Virus record (IMG/VR): IMGVR_UViG_3300032329_000529
Location: 1 to 39,046 of that record
Strand: one strand, 5' to 3'
DNA: 39,046 nucleotides
Source: a virus
Lineage: Duplodnaviria > Caudoviricetes
Below the pieces are notes generated by a model. That model made no database searches, was not told the DNA's origin, and saw only the letters and a list, made by a program, of their open reading frames with translations. Of the stretch, positions 26,889-35,945 are shown piece after piece. How positions within the stretch are numbered: position 1 is the stretch's first letter; each line of letters begins with the position of its first letter. The position numbers and the translations under genes are program-made.

Positions 26889-28686
26889 TATAGGTACTTA
26901 TAATATAGTTTCATTGAAGTTTGAGCAATCAGAACGCCCAGACTTTAAGCCAGCGTATGGATTAGATTATATAAAGTTTGGAAAGGATAATAATTACCCT
27001 AGTTTTATCAATAAGCTATATAATGAAAGTAGTAAGCACCAAAGTATTATCAATGGGAAGTGTACTTATATTTATGGCAAAGGTATTAATTCAGAAAATA
27101 ATAGTATTGCTTCAAATGACTTTATAAAAAAGAATAAATCACTTATAAAAAAGTGCATATTTGACGTTGAAAATAATGGAGGGTGTTATATTTATGCAGT
27201 GCCAAATAAACTAAATACTGCCTATTCTTTTTCGCATATACCTTATAATAGAATACGTACTAATCAAGATAATACAAAGTTTTTTTACTCTACTGAATAC
27301 GGCAAAAAGCGTGATATAAAATCAATAGAGATACCGTCATTTGTGCAAGGTGTTAAACAGGCTTCTATTATAATGTACAGGGAATATAATGGAACTAATG
27401 AAGCCCCATATCCTTTACCTAATTGGTTTGCTGCTTTAAATTGGATTGAGAGCGATATTGAGGTTTCAAAGCATACTTTAACTAATGCAAAGACTGGTTT
27501 TAGTGCTAGTAAGTTCATTAACTTTTATAATGGTAAACCAACACTAGAACAAAAGAGAGTAGTTACTAAACAATTCAAATCAGATTATGGAGGTAGTGCA
27601 GGAGATAAGATAGTAATAGCTTTTAATGATCCAGATGCAAAAGCCCCTACTATTGATGACTTAGGAACAAGTGACTTATCTAAAGAAGACTTTCAACAGG
27701 TAAATGATTTAATAAGTGAAAACATCTATGCAGGGCATGGTATTACTACGCCTCAATTATTTGGAGTACCGCAAAAAGAAGGATTAGGCGGCGATGGGCA
27801 GAAATTAAAGACAGGTTACACTATATTTAATAATACTTACGTTACTGCTAAGCAACAAGAAATGGAAGACTTGTTCCAAATGTTGGCAGCACTTAACGGT
27901 ATTAATGATACTTTTAATTTTAAGCAATTAGACCCTATTGGTATAGAATTTGATACGGCAACTATTACGGCTAATTTATCACGTAAAGAGATTAGGGAGT
28001 TGTTAGGCTATGAAGATGATGGAGTAGTTACCCATAATATTGGAACTACAGAAGTAAATGACGTATTGACTAATTTAACAGGAAGGCAACGTCAAAACGT
28101 TTTGGGAATAGTTAGACAGTTCAGTACAGGTAAACTAACTAAGGCACAGGCATATATATTATTAAAGAATGGGTATGGTTTTACTGATAGTGATGTAAAT
28201 GATTTCTTAGGGATTGATAGCGACCCATTAACACACGATGAAGTTAAACAAGCATTTAGCCAAAGTGATGAAGATTTATATTTAGTATTTGCACAATTTG
28301 GCGAGACTAAAGAAGATTATACTAAAGTACTATCTAAGTCGGCTATGATTGAAGTTAAACAAATGTTTGACGTTGCCGAAAAAGAATTAGGAGTATTGAG
28401 TAAAGCAACTGATATAGCCAAGAAGTTGCCAAAGTTTGAGGTTCGTTATTCTTACGAAAAAAGACCAGAAGTAAGTGGTAAAGATATACTACCAACTAGC
28501 AGGCCTTTTTGCGTAAAGATGATGAGCGTACCTAAGTACTATTCCCGTGAAGATATTCAAAAGATTAGTAGCGTATTAGGCTATGATGTATTCAATAGGG
28601 CGGGAGGTTTTTGGAATAATAACGGGACTATTGAGCCGCATTGCAGACACGAATTTCAATCACACGTTGTAATTAAAAAAAGTTAG
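26878..28686 (+). CDS. Portal protein with C-terminal extension (minor head/MuF-like domain)
   Basis: FGKDNNYP, S.KH.SII.GK, YPLP, GH.IT.PQLFG; C-terminal SRPFC...GGFW...HCRH. Confidence 0.85.
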   Translation: MEDNIGTYNIVSLKFEQSERPDFKPAYGLDYIKFGKDNNYPSFINKLYNESSKHQSIINGKCTYIYGKGINSENNSIASNDFIKKNKSLIKKCIFDVENNGGCYIYAVPNKLNTAYSFSHIPYNRIRTNQDNTKFFYSTEYGKKRDIKSIEIPSFVQGVKQASIIMYREYNGTNEAPYPLPNWFAALNWIESDIEVSKHTLTNAKTGFSASKFINFYNGKPTLEQKRVVTKQFKSDYGGSAGDKIVIAFNDPDAKAPTIDDLGTSDLSKEDFQQVNDLISENIYAGHGITTPQLFGVPQKEGLGGDGQKLKTGYTIFNNTYVTAKQQEMEDLFQMLAALNGINDTFNFKQLDPIGIEFDTATITANLSRKEIRELLGYEDDGVVTHNIGTTEVNDVLTNLTGRQRQNVLGIVRQFSTGKLTKAQAYILLKNGYGFTDSDVNDFLGIDSDPLTHDEVKQAFSQSDEDLYLVFAQFGETKEDYTKVLSKSAMIEVKQMFDVAEKELGVLSKATDIAKKLPKFEVRYSYEKRPEVSGKDILPTSRPFCVKMMSVPKYYSREDIQKISSVLGYDVFNRAGGFWNNNGTIEPHCRHEFQSHVVIKKS

Positions 28687-28687
28687 T

Positions 28688-29275
28688 ATGAGCAAAAATA
28701 CACTATTAATTAACTATCAGATAATGATAAATAGAACAGAGTTACATACTAACGTTGACGAAAAGTTAGTAACCCCTACTATTAAGAGGGTACAGGATAT
28801 GTACTTAATGCCACTGTTAGGAACTGCATTATTTAGCAAGTTACAAGATTTAATAGATGAGTATCCTTCGCCTAATTCAATGCCTTCAAGCGATTACAAG
28901 GACTTACTAGATGACTATATAATTGACTGCATGACTAACTATGTCATGGCTGAATTAACGTTAAAGCTGAATTATCAATTTTGGAATAAAGGAGTTGCTA
29001 CTAAGAATGCACAAGATAGCACTAATAGCAATCCTACTGAACTTAATTCAGTAAGGTTGAGTTATCAAAAGTCAGGTGATTACTATGCTGAAAGGATGCG
29101 AAGGTATTTAATTAGATATTCTAAAGATAGATACCCAGAATACTTTCAAAGCATTTCTGGCATAGACCAACAAATGCCACAACAAAATACATTTGATTGC
29201 CCTATATACTTAAAGAATAATTATAGCGATATAGTACAGCCAAATGATAATTTACCCGACAATAGATTTGACTAA
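28688..29275 (+). CDS. Head-tail adaptor/connector
   Basis: NVDEKL, QD.Y..PLLGTALF, NKG, Y.ERM.RYL...YPEY; follows the portal gene. Confidence 0.65.
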   Translation: MSKNTLLINYQIMINRTELHTNVDEKLVTPTIKRVQDMYLMPLLGTALFSKLQDLIDEYPSPNSMPSSDYKDLLDDYIIDCMTNYVMAELTLKLNYQFWNKGVATKNAQDSTNSNPTELNSVRLSYQKSGDYYAERMRRYLIRYSKDRYPEYFQSISGIDQQMPQQNTFDCPIYLKNNYSDIVQPNDNLPDNRFD

Positions 29276-29988
29276 TGACTTTAAATAATATTTTTTCATA
29301 CTTACAAACTATGGGAGATTCCCATAAGCAGCTAAAGAAAACTATCATAAACGATAGAGATGAGTGGCTGTCTAATGGGGATGTAGATTACCCTTCCATG
29401 TTTTTAGAATTGAAGTCGGCTAAAACAAGTCGTGATAATAGAAGCACTATTTATACATTCGTTTGCATGATAGCAGATTTGTCAAATGTTGCTGCATTTG
29501 CACAAGAAAATCAACAGGAAGTACAAAGCGATTTAACACAAATAGCGGAGGATATACTTAGTTTATTGCAATATGAAAGCGATAAAAACAGCGACTTTAA
29601 AGCAAGTAGAGAAATTAATATCGAATACTTAACCGACCAATTAGAAGACATTGGGAATGCGATAGGTTTTGAGTTTAGTATAGCTACTAAATATGCAAGT
29701 AATCGTTGCCAAGTACCAACAAACTTTATTTCACCAAATGCACCAACTTCACCTTATATTATGGCAAACTATTCATTTAGAAATGATGCCCCAAAATATT
29801 CTTTTACTATTGAGGCATTGAAAAACAAACAAATACTATATTTGTCGATAGATGCAGAAAGCCCTTTAAAAGTAAATAGTAAACCTAATATAGATGAGTT
29901 CTACTATAATCAAAGTATAGGTGAATTTATCTTTGGTAAAGAGTTGCAAGAAGGTCAAATTATACAAATTTTAAATCGTTCAATATGA
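29275..29988 (+). CDS. Putative tail terminator with an extra C-terminal domain
   Basis: YPSMF, EVQSD..QIAEDI, CQVP, then about 85 extra residues. Confidence 0.6.
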   Translation: MTLNNIFSYLQTMGDSHKQLKKTIINDRDEWLSNGDVDYPSMFLELKSAKTSRDNRSTIYTFVCMIADLSNVAAFAQENQQEVQSDLTQIAEDILSLLQYESDKNSDFKASREINIEYLTDQLEDIGNAIGFEFSIATKYASNRCQVPTNFISPNAPTSPYIMANYSFRNDAPKYSFTIEALKNKQILYLSIDAESPLKVNSKPNIDEFYYNQSIGEFIFGKELQEGQIIQILNRSI

Positions 29989-32903
29989 GGATAATATTAA
30001 TATTTTTACTTTCAATATCTTTTTGTTATGGTCAAAATAGAGATACTTTAAAATATACGCCTAATAGGGATTATGGTGTTAATTTTAAAGCGATAAAGGT
30101 AGATAGTGCTTTTATTTTTCCTATAGATACAATAAAAAATAAACGTGGTGTAGCTATGTTAAGCAATACTATATATGTTGGTAATGGCACGTATTGGAGT
30201 TTATTAAGCGGACAATCACAATGGACTACCACAGGAAATAATATCTATTACAACGCAGGTAATGTAGGTATTAAGCTAACTAATCCGACATATCCACTTC
30301 ATGTTAATGGAGATATTAATATTAGTGGGGTAGATGCTTTTAGTAATCCAAACCAATATCGTATTAATGGAGGTGCAGGATTACTAGGTAATGGAAGTAC
30401 TTATACTAAGTTATTTAATCCTAGTGGGGCTGAAGGATTAACGCTAAATAGTAGCGGCGTTTTATTAGGCGGTTTTTATTCTGATAGTATTTTGTATTAT
30501 AATAATGGAAATAATTCTCTAAAGCTATATGGCAATATTACAACTGCTAAAGCTAGACTAGATACTACAGTTAGTAATGGATTAGTAACCCCTACAATGT
30601 TAGCTACTAAAGGAAGTGGAACAGTTACAAGCATATCAACAGGATTAGGATTGAGTGGTGGCACTATAACTAATACAGGTACATTATTGGTAGATACAAG
30701 TAGTACAAGTATATTGAGTAGACAACGTGCAGCGGCTACTTATCAATCAATTGCAGCAGCTATCACAGGCAATAGCCCTACTATAACATCAAGTAAAGTA
30801 CCAGTTACTTATTGGAATGGCACAAACCACATAGGCTATACAAACGGTGCAGTAATAGATAGCATTGCAGGTAATTTATTTGTAAACAATCTTATCGTAC
30901 GTAGCACAACAGTAATATCAAGTTCAACCCCTATCAGTATAACAGCATCTTCTATACATAATTACATTATCACAGGCAGTACTAATCAAGTGGTAAATAT
31001 GGCAAATGCTACTACATTGCCAAAAGGTGCAATGTTTACTTTTAATAACAATGGAAGTACAGGCGTAGATTCAATAAGAAATAGTTCTGGAACTTTGATT
31101 TTTGCAGTACCAAACGGAGGTTATGCTACTATTATTTTGAATGATAGCACAACGGCAGCAGGGACATGGGATTGGCATTTTAGCGCACCATCAGCAGTTC
31201 AATGGAGTACTAACACATTTAACTTGGGAAATGCAAGTATAACTAACGCAACATGGAACGGGTCAGTTATACCAGTAAATAAGGGCGGTGCAGGTGCAGT
31301 AACAGGAATATTAAAGGCAGACGGTAGTGGTAATGTTAGCGCAGCAACAGCAAACACGCCGATAACAATAACTAGCGGTGTAATAGGTGTAGATACTATA
31401 ACAAGATATACAGGATTAGCTACAATAGGCAAAACATATAATGATAGTTTAGTATTAGCAACGGCAATAAACAATAAAGGAGTAGGCACTATCACGGGCG
31501 TAACAGCAGGATTAAACTTAACAGGTGGCGGAACTACAGGAACGGTAACGCTAAATGCAGATACAACAACAGGGACAACTAAATTAGCCACACAAGGATT
31601 TGTTACTAGAAACGCAACTAATTTAACTGCATCACAACCGATAAGAATTACAGCCAATGTAATCAATGCCGACACTATTACAAGAGCAACAGGATTAGCA
31701 ACGATTGACCAATTAGTAAAGGATAGTACTGTTTTGGCGAACGGAAAACTAAACATATCCGATACAGGTAGTATGCTAAACGGCAGAATTAACGCAATCA
31801 CTTTAAACAGCAGCGGAGTAATTCACAACAGCCCTATTAATTTCACAAGATTAGGGGGAGGATGGACGGGTCAAATGACACTTGCTAATCAATCGGCTTA
31901 TCAATTATTTGGTACAGGTAATAGCACATCTACACCTACTTTTAGGTTTATCGATAGTAATTATTTTAATGGCGGATTTGCGACACAGGTAAGAGGAGCG
32001 GTAGGTAGCGGATTAACAGGTGCAATTGCAGCAGGGAGAATACCTTACGGCGCAAGTTTAACAACCCTTAGTAGTAAATCTAATTTTCTGTACGATAGTA
32101 CTAATGCGGGTGGTATAAGACTTGGAGATACAACAATTACAGGTACAGGGGTGACAAACCCGTCTTATATTGAGTTTGGGGCTAATTATAACGTATCACC
32201 TATACTTAATCCCCAAATAAGATTTGCACATACATCTAGCACATTATATGGGATAGGCGTAACTACAACAGGATTTAATATGATAGCTCCAAACACAAAT
32301 TTTATAAATCAAAACAATGGAAGCGGTAGTATATCAATTACTCCAACAGCAACAAATGGAAGTATAAATATTAATGGAACTAATGCCTTTGTGATTGCCC
32401 AAGGGTTTAGCGGAACGGCGGGTCAAAATCCTAAATATCAACTTTATCAAAGTTCGACAGGAATAGGTATTAGCGGTAGTAGTATTGATTATACAACAGG
32501 TAGTACTAACTTTAATCATGCCTTCTGGATTAATAATGGTGGAACTATTACAAGGGCGGCAACTATATTTAATACTACGGGTAATTTGAGATTAGGCACA
32601 ACAAATACAGATCCAAGCGACAAGTTAGGAATAGAAGGTAACTTGTCATTATTGAATGTAGGAAATAAATTAAAGATAGCAACAGGATTAAATGCAAGCG
32701 TAGGAACTGCCACACTATCAAGCGGAACAATTACTGTAAACACAACGGCGGTAACTGCTTCATCAATAATACTACTTACACTTCAAAACTGTTCAAATTG
32801 TGGCACTCCTTATATATCCGCTAAGACAGCAGGAACATCTTTTTTGGTAAGTTCAACCAATGTATTAGACGGGTCAATAGTGGCATATCAAATAATAAAT
32901 TAA
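29985..32903 (+). CDS. Tail/neck fibre-like adhesin with an N-terminal Sec signal peptide
   Basis: 972 aa, G/T/S/N-rich, GNVGI and GTVTSI..G.GL.GG repeats, DT..LAT stalk repeats; MRIILIFLLSISFCYG-Q. Confidence 0.8.
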   Translation: MRIILIFLLSISFCYGQNRDTLKYTPNRDYGVNFKAIKVDSAFIFPIDTIKNKRGVAMLSNTIYVGNGTYWSLLSGQSQWTTTGNNIYYNAGNVGIKLTNPTYPLHVNGDINISGVDAFSNPNQYRINGGAGLLGNGSTYTKLFNPSGAEGLTLNSSGVLLGGFYSDSILYYNNGNNSLKLYGNITTAKARLDTTVSNGLVTPTMLATKGSGTVTSISTGLGLSGGTITNTGTLLVDTSSTSILSRQRAAATYQSIAAAITGNSPTITSSKVPVTYWNGTNHIGYTNGAVIDSIAGNLFVNNLIVRSTTVISSSTPISITASSIHNYIITGSTNQVVNMANATTLPKGAMFTFNNNGSTGVDSIRNSSGTLIFAVPNGGYATIILNDSTTAAGTWDWHFSAPSAVQWSTNTFNLGNASITNATWNGSVIPVNKGGAGAVTGILKADGSGNVSAATANTPITITSGVIGVDTITRYTGLATIGKTYNDSLVLATAINNKGVGTITGVTAGLNLTGGGTTGTVTLNADTTTGTTKLATQGFVTRNATNLTASQPIRITANVINADTITRATGLATIDQLVKDSTVLANGKLNISDTGSMLNGRINAITLNSSGVIHNSPINFTRLGGGWTGQMTLANQSAYQLFGTGNSTSTPTFRFIDSNYFNGGFATQVRGAVGSGLTGAIAAGRIPYGASLTTLSSKSNFLYDSTNAGGIRLGDTTITGTGVTNPSYIEFGANYNVSPILNPQIRFAHTSSTLYGIGVTTTGFNMIAPNTNFINQNNGSGSISITPTATNGSININGTNAFVIAQGFSGTAGQNPKYQLYQSSTGIGISGSSIDYTTGSTNFNHAFWINNGGTITRAATIFNTTGNLRLGTTNTDPSDKLGIEGNLSLLNVGNKLKIATGLNASVGTATLSSGTITVNTTAVTASSIILLTLQNCSNCGTPYISAKTAGTSFLVSSTNVLDGSIVAYQIIN

Positions 32904-32908
32904 TAAGC

Positions 32909-33268
32909 ATGAAAAAAATACTTTTATCAATCAGTTTGTTTGCGGCTATTTCAGTATCGGCGCAAACTATCTACAAGTCAATAAAGACAGCTACGGTAGC
33001 GGCTGTTAATCCTGTTGTGTTTAGTCCAACATTTGCAGAGAGTGATACGGCTAAATATGTTGGCTATTTCGGCTATACAGACACTCCGAGTGATACCATT
33101 TGCAAAGTTGATTATGTAGTTAAAGGTAATAGCGACAATAGAAATGTATTGTTTGGAAGTTACACTTTAACTAAACAAGAATACGCTAATTGGGTGTATG
33201 ACGAGGATTTGATTCTATACGTGAGAAACTATTTATCGACTAAAGGCTTAACACTAACATTCAAATAA
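32909..33268 (+). CDS. Secreted protein, possible fibre chaperone or tip
   Basis: Signal peptide MKKILLSISLFAAISVSA-Q; directly after the fibre gene. Confidence 0.75.
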   Translation: MKKILLSISLFAAISVSAQTIYKSIKTATVAAVNPVVFSPTFAESDTAKYVGYFGYTDTPSDTICKVDYVVKGNSDNRNVLFGSYTLTKQEYANWVYDEDLILYVRNYLSTKGLTLTFK

Positions 33269-33303
33269 ACTTCCAATTAAAACCTATTGATTACTACTTT
33301 AAA

Positions 33304-33543
33304 ATGTCAACGAATACAATGGAACATTTACACGCCGCTAATGCTCATAACAAGTTAAGTCTAATAGGGTTGATTATATCTTGGATATGCGGAATATTGG
33401 CTAAAATTGAGATTAATGCGATAGCTAGTACGGCGTTAATATGGGTGTCATTAATCACAGGGTTAGCGACATTAGGTTTTACCATTGATAAATGGATACA
33501 AATGAGAAAGGCAATTAAAAAAGGCAACAAATACAATTATTAA
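33304..33543 (+). CDS. Holin-like membrane protein
   Basis: Two hydrophobic segments and a basic C-terminus. Confidence 0.6.
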   Translation: MSTNTMEHLHAANAHNKLSLIGLIISWICGILAKIEINAIASTALIWVSLITGLATLGFTIDKWIQMRKAIKKGNKYNY

Positions 33544-33547
33544 TATT

Positions 33548-33745
33548 ATGAAAAGTTTAAAGACAACATTAGGCGGTTTAATTGGTGGTTTGGCCTTAGC
33601 CATTAATCCATTACTTGAGGCTTACAAGGCGGGTGCATTTGATGGTAAAACAGGTAGTCAATTAGTAGGGGCTATTGCCATTGTGCTTATTGGGTATTTC
33701 TCACAAGATATTAAAAAGGCAACGGGCGGCGATACACCACAATAG
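33548..33745 (+). CDS. Holin-like membrane protein
   Basis: KTTLGGL...IG.F.QD, two TM segments. Confidence 0.65.
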   Translation: MKSLKTTLGGLIGGLALAINPLLEAYKAGAFDGKTGSQLVGAIAIVLIGYFSQDIKKATGGDTPQ

Positions 33746-33748
33746 ATT

Positions 33749-34004
33749 ATAGTGCAGTAGCAAGAAGTGTCGACAAAACGGAGACACTTGCCACTCCCAT
33801 CGAATTATAATTTAACGCAGTAATAAAAAAAAACACCAGTCGGCTTTAAGGTAACTAAACGTGCTGCGAACATTTAACCTTTAAGTTTAGTAGTTGTGAG
33901 GGTGACACAAACTGCATTATTTAAGCACCCATAATTTACTTAGGTGCAAGCCGTAGGGCGTTCAACTTGCCGCAGCCGATGAAATTGAAGCTGCGGTACT
34001 TTTT
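33749..34004 (+). ncRNA. Candidate large structured ncRNA
   Basis: Gap with no long ORF, GC-richer than the genome, more than 8 complementary helices including a 10-bp closing helix. Confidence 0.65.
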
Positions 34005-34012
34005 ATTGAATT

Positions 34013-34096
34013 ATGAAAACAATACTTGCATTAATAGGCGTTTACTTCTTACTAAGAGATTTGTGGTATTGGTTACTAAATAAAATGTTTAGATAG
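34013..34096 (+). CDS. Small membrane peptide (27 aa)
   Basis: MKTILALIGVYFLLRDLWYWLLNKMFR, stops 1 nt before the spanin ATG. Confidence 0.55.
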   Translation: MKTILALIGVYFLLRDLWYWLLNKMFR

Positions 34097-34097
34097 T

Positions 34098-34586
34098 ATG
34101 AAAAGACTGATATGTTACGCATTGGCATCAACACTATTTATAGTTGGTTGTATGTCAATTGAAAAAGCTACTGATAAAGTAATATCCGACAAAGCAGCGA
34201 CTAATAAGGTATTGGATTTGCATCCTTGTAAGCCTGTTAGTGATAGTGTGATTACTCATATTGATACACTAACTACACATGATACTATTACCAACGTAGG
34301 GTACTTTATTGACAGCGTTACTAAGTGGCGTTATGATACAGTTGTCCGAAATATTCGGACATTTCAATTGATACATAAGACGGATACACTCTTTGCAATA
34401 GACCAAAGAAAACTAGATGTTATGAATAACTCTATATCAATTCGTGATTCGCAAATTGTGGGCTTAAAACAATCCCTAGAGGACGAAACCACACATAGTA
34501 AGGATAAAGATAAATGGCTTTACTTATTTATAGGATTGTTTACATTAGTATGTGTTTATATAGCTTTTAAATTGTTTGTGAAATAA
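34098..34586 (+). CDS. Unimolecular spanin (u-spanin) candidate
   Basis: N-terminal lipoprotein signal (FIVG-C) plus C-terminal TM helix, in the lysis cassette. Confidence 0.7.
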   Translation: MKRLICYALASTLFIVGCMSIEKATDKVISDKAATNKVLDLHPCKPVSDSVITHIDTLTTHDTITNVGYFIDSVTKWRYDTVVRNIRTFQLIHKTDTLFAIDQRKLDVMNNSISIRDSQIVGLKQSLEDETTHSKDKDKWLYLFIGLFTLVCVYIAFKLFVK

Positions 34587-34729
34587 TGCTAAACGTAATC
34601 CCATTAAATGATTTAAAAGAGCATGAGGAACAATCTACTTGCGAATGTTGCCCTACTTTAATTATTGTAAACGGGGAAATGATACTAATACACAATTCAT
34701 ACATTAAACGTGAAAAAAAAGAAAATTAA
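34586..34729 (+). CDS. Small Cys/His protein (47 aa)
   Basis: MLNVIPLNDLKEHEEQSTCECCPT...IHNSY; coupled via TAATG. Confidence 0.6.
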   Translation: MLNVIPLNDLKEHEEQSTCECCPTLIIVNGEMILIHNSYIKREKKEN

Positions 34730-34732
34730 AAT

Positions 34733-35035
34733 ATGACAATAGAGCAACAAAAATTAGTATCGGCAAATAGAATAATGAATAGTAGTCCTATGATTTTAGG
34801 TAACTTATCGCCTATATTATTGCAAATACAAAAACTACTACCTAAACATTATTTAGTATCACTTAATAATGACAAAAAAAGTATTAATTGTGTATCCTTA
34901 ATTGATAAGGGCATTACCGATAATGAATGGGATGAATTTAAGCCTAAAGCAAAAAGTATTATAGGAAATAGTTTTTTAGAATTTTACAGTAATATATGTA
35001 CTAATCATTTAGATTTTATTATTTATGTCAAATAA
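34733..35035 (+). CDS. Hypothetical protein
   Basis: 100-aa ORF. Confidence 0.7.
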   Translation: MTIEQQKLVSANRIMNSSPMILGNLSPILLQIQKLLPKHYLVSLNNDKKSINCVSLIDKGITDNEWDEFKPKAKSIIGNSFLEFYSNICTNHLDFIIYVK

Positions 35036-35423
35036 AATTAAGCAACGCCCAGACTACTATTTAAGGCAACAATGTACTTCTAAGGATTTAAAGGCTATTT
35101 GCTATTTCAATAGAATAATAAAAAATTATAAAAGAATGTTACTAATGGATAATAATAAGTAATTATGCAAGAAGTCGCATATTATATATTTAAGCAAATA
35201 ATAAAGTATACGGTAATAGCTACTGTTGTAGTTTATGGCATAATCTATTTACTATATAAACTATTTTAAATGAAAGAATACACAGTAACAATCAACGGCG
35301 GTAATCCTATCACGGTACTAGCTAACACCTTAGAAGAAGCAACGCAAAAAGCTATGAACTACAACATGATAGGCGATTGTGATGCAGTTGAATATTTGAG
35401 TAATATGTTTAATTTGAAAGGTA

Positions 35424-35885
35424 ATGAACACAGTAAATAAGGCAACTATAGACTTAATAAAGTCATTCGAGGGATTTAGTGCAAAGGCTTATCATGATGC
35501 AATAGATCCGCCAAATGTGGACACAATCGGATATGGAAGTATACTTTATGAGGATGGAAGAAAAGTAAAGGTAGGTGACGCAGATATAACAGAACAAAGA
35601 GCTGTACAAATATTAATGTGGGAAGTAAACTTAAAATCTAAAGCAGTAAGTAAACTAATTACATCGAAAGTAAACGATAATCAATTCGGGGCTTTGGTTT
35701 CATTTGCCTATAATTTAGGCGAAGGCAACTTATCTAGCAGCACATTACTAAAGAAAGTTAACGCTAATCCAAACGACCCTAGTATTCAGCTTGAATTTGA
35801 TAAATGGATATACTCTAACCACTTGCCCGTTAAAGGCTTAGAACGCAGGCGTAGAGCAGAATGGACACTATATAATACTAAGTAA
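35424..35885 (+). CDS. Endolysin, GH24 (T4/P22-like) lysozyme
   Basis: IKSFEG...AYHD...TIGYG catalytic E-D-T arrangement, QFGALVSFAYNLG, GL..RR.AE. Confidence 0.95.
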   Translation: MNTVNKATIDLIKSFEGFSAKAYHDAIDPPNVDTIGYGSILYEDGRKVKVGDADITEQRAVQILMWEVNLKSKAVSKLITSKVNDNQFGALVSFAYNLGEGNLSSSTLLKKVNANPNDPSIQLEFDKWIYSNHLPVKGLERRRRAEWTLYNTK

Positions 35886-35945
35886 TATGCCTACTCCTAT
35901 AATTCGATTTGAACCTTTGAAGATTATTAACACAATGTCTAAAAT

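Noticed and set aside
31199-31801. 200-aa antisense ORF and other shadow ORFs (e.g. 2631-2867, 4131-4361, 9078-9419, 12906-13232, 21545-21826, 24269-24550)
   Set aside because: They lie opposite well-supported genes and are explained by codon bias; no motifs or expression signals.
29985-32903. Diversity-generating retroelement target
   Set aside because: No reverse transcriptase and no TR/VR repeat pair seen; the internal repeats are degenerate protein-level stalk repeats.
33894-33950. Pistol-ribozyme-like segment (hairpin-loop pseudoknot, ends AGGUGCAA)
   Set aside because: The conserved GCGU after the pseudoknot and a proper P3 stem are missing; kept only as part of the unknown ncRNA.
33840-33980. 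tRNA/tmRNA-like element (GGCG-UUCAACU-UGCC T-loop-like hairpin)
   Set aside because: No cloverleaf, no CCA end and no tmRNA-type termini.
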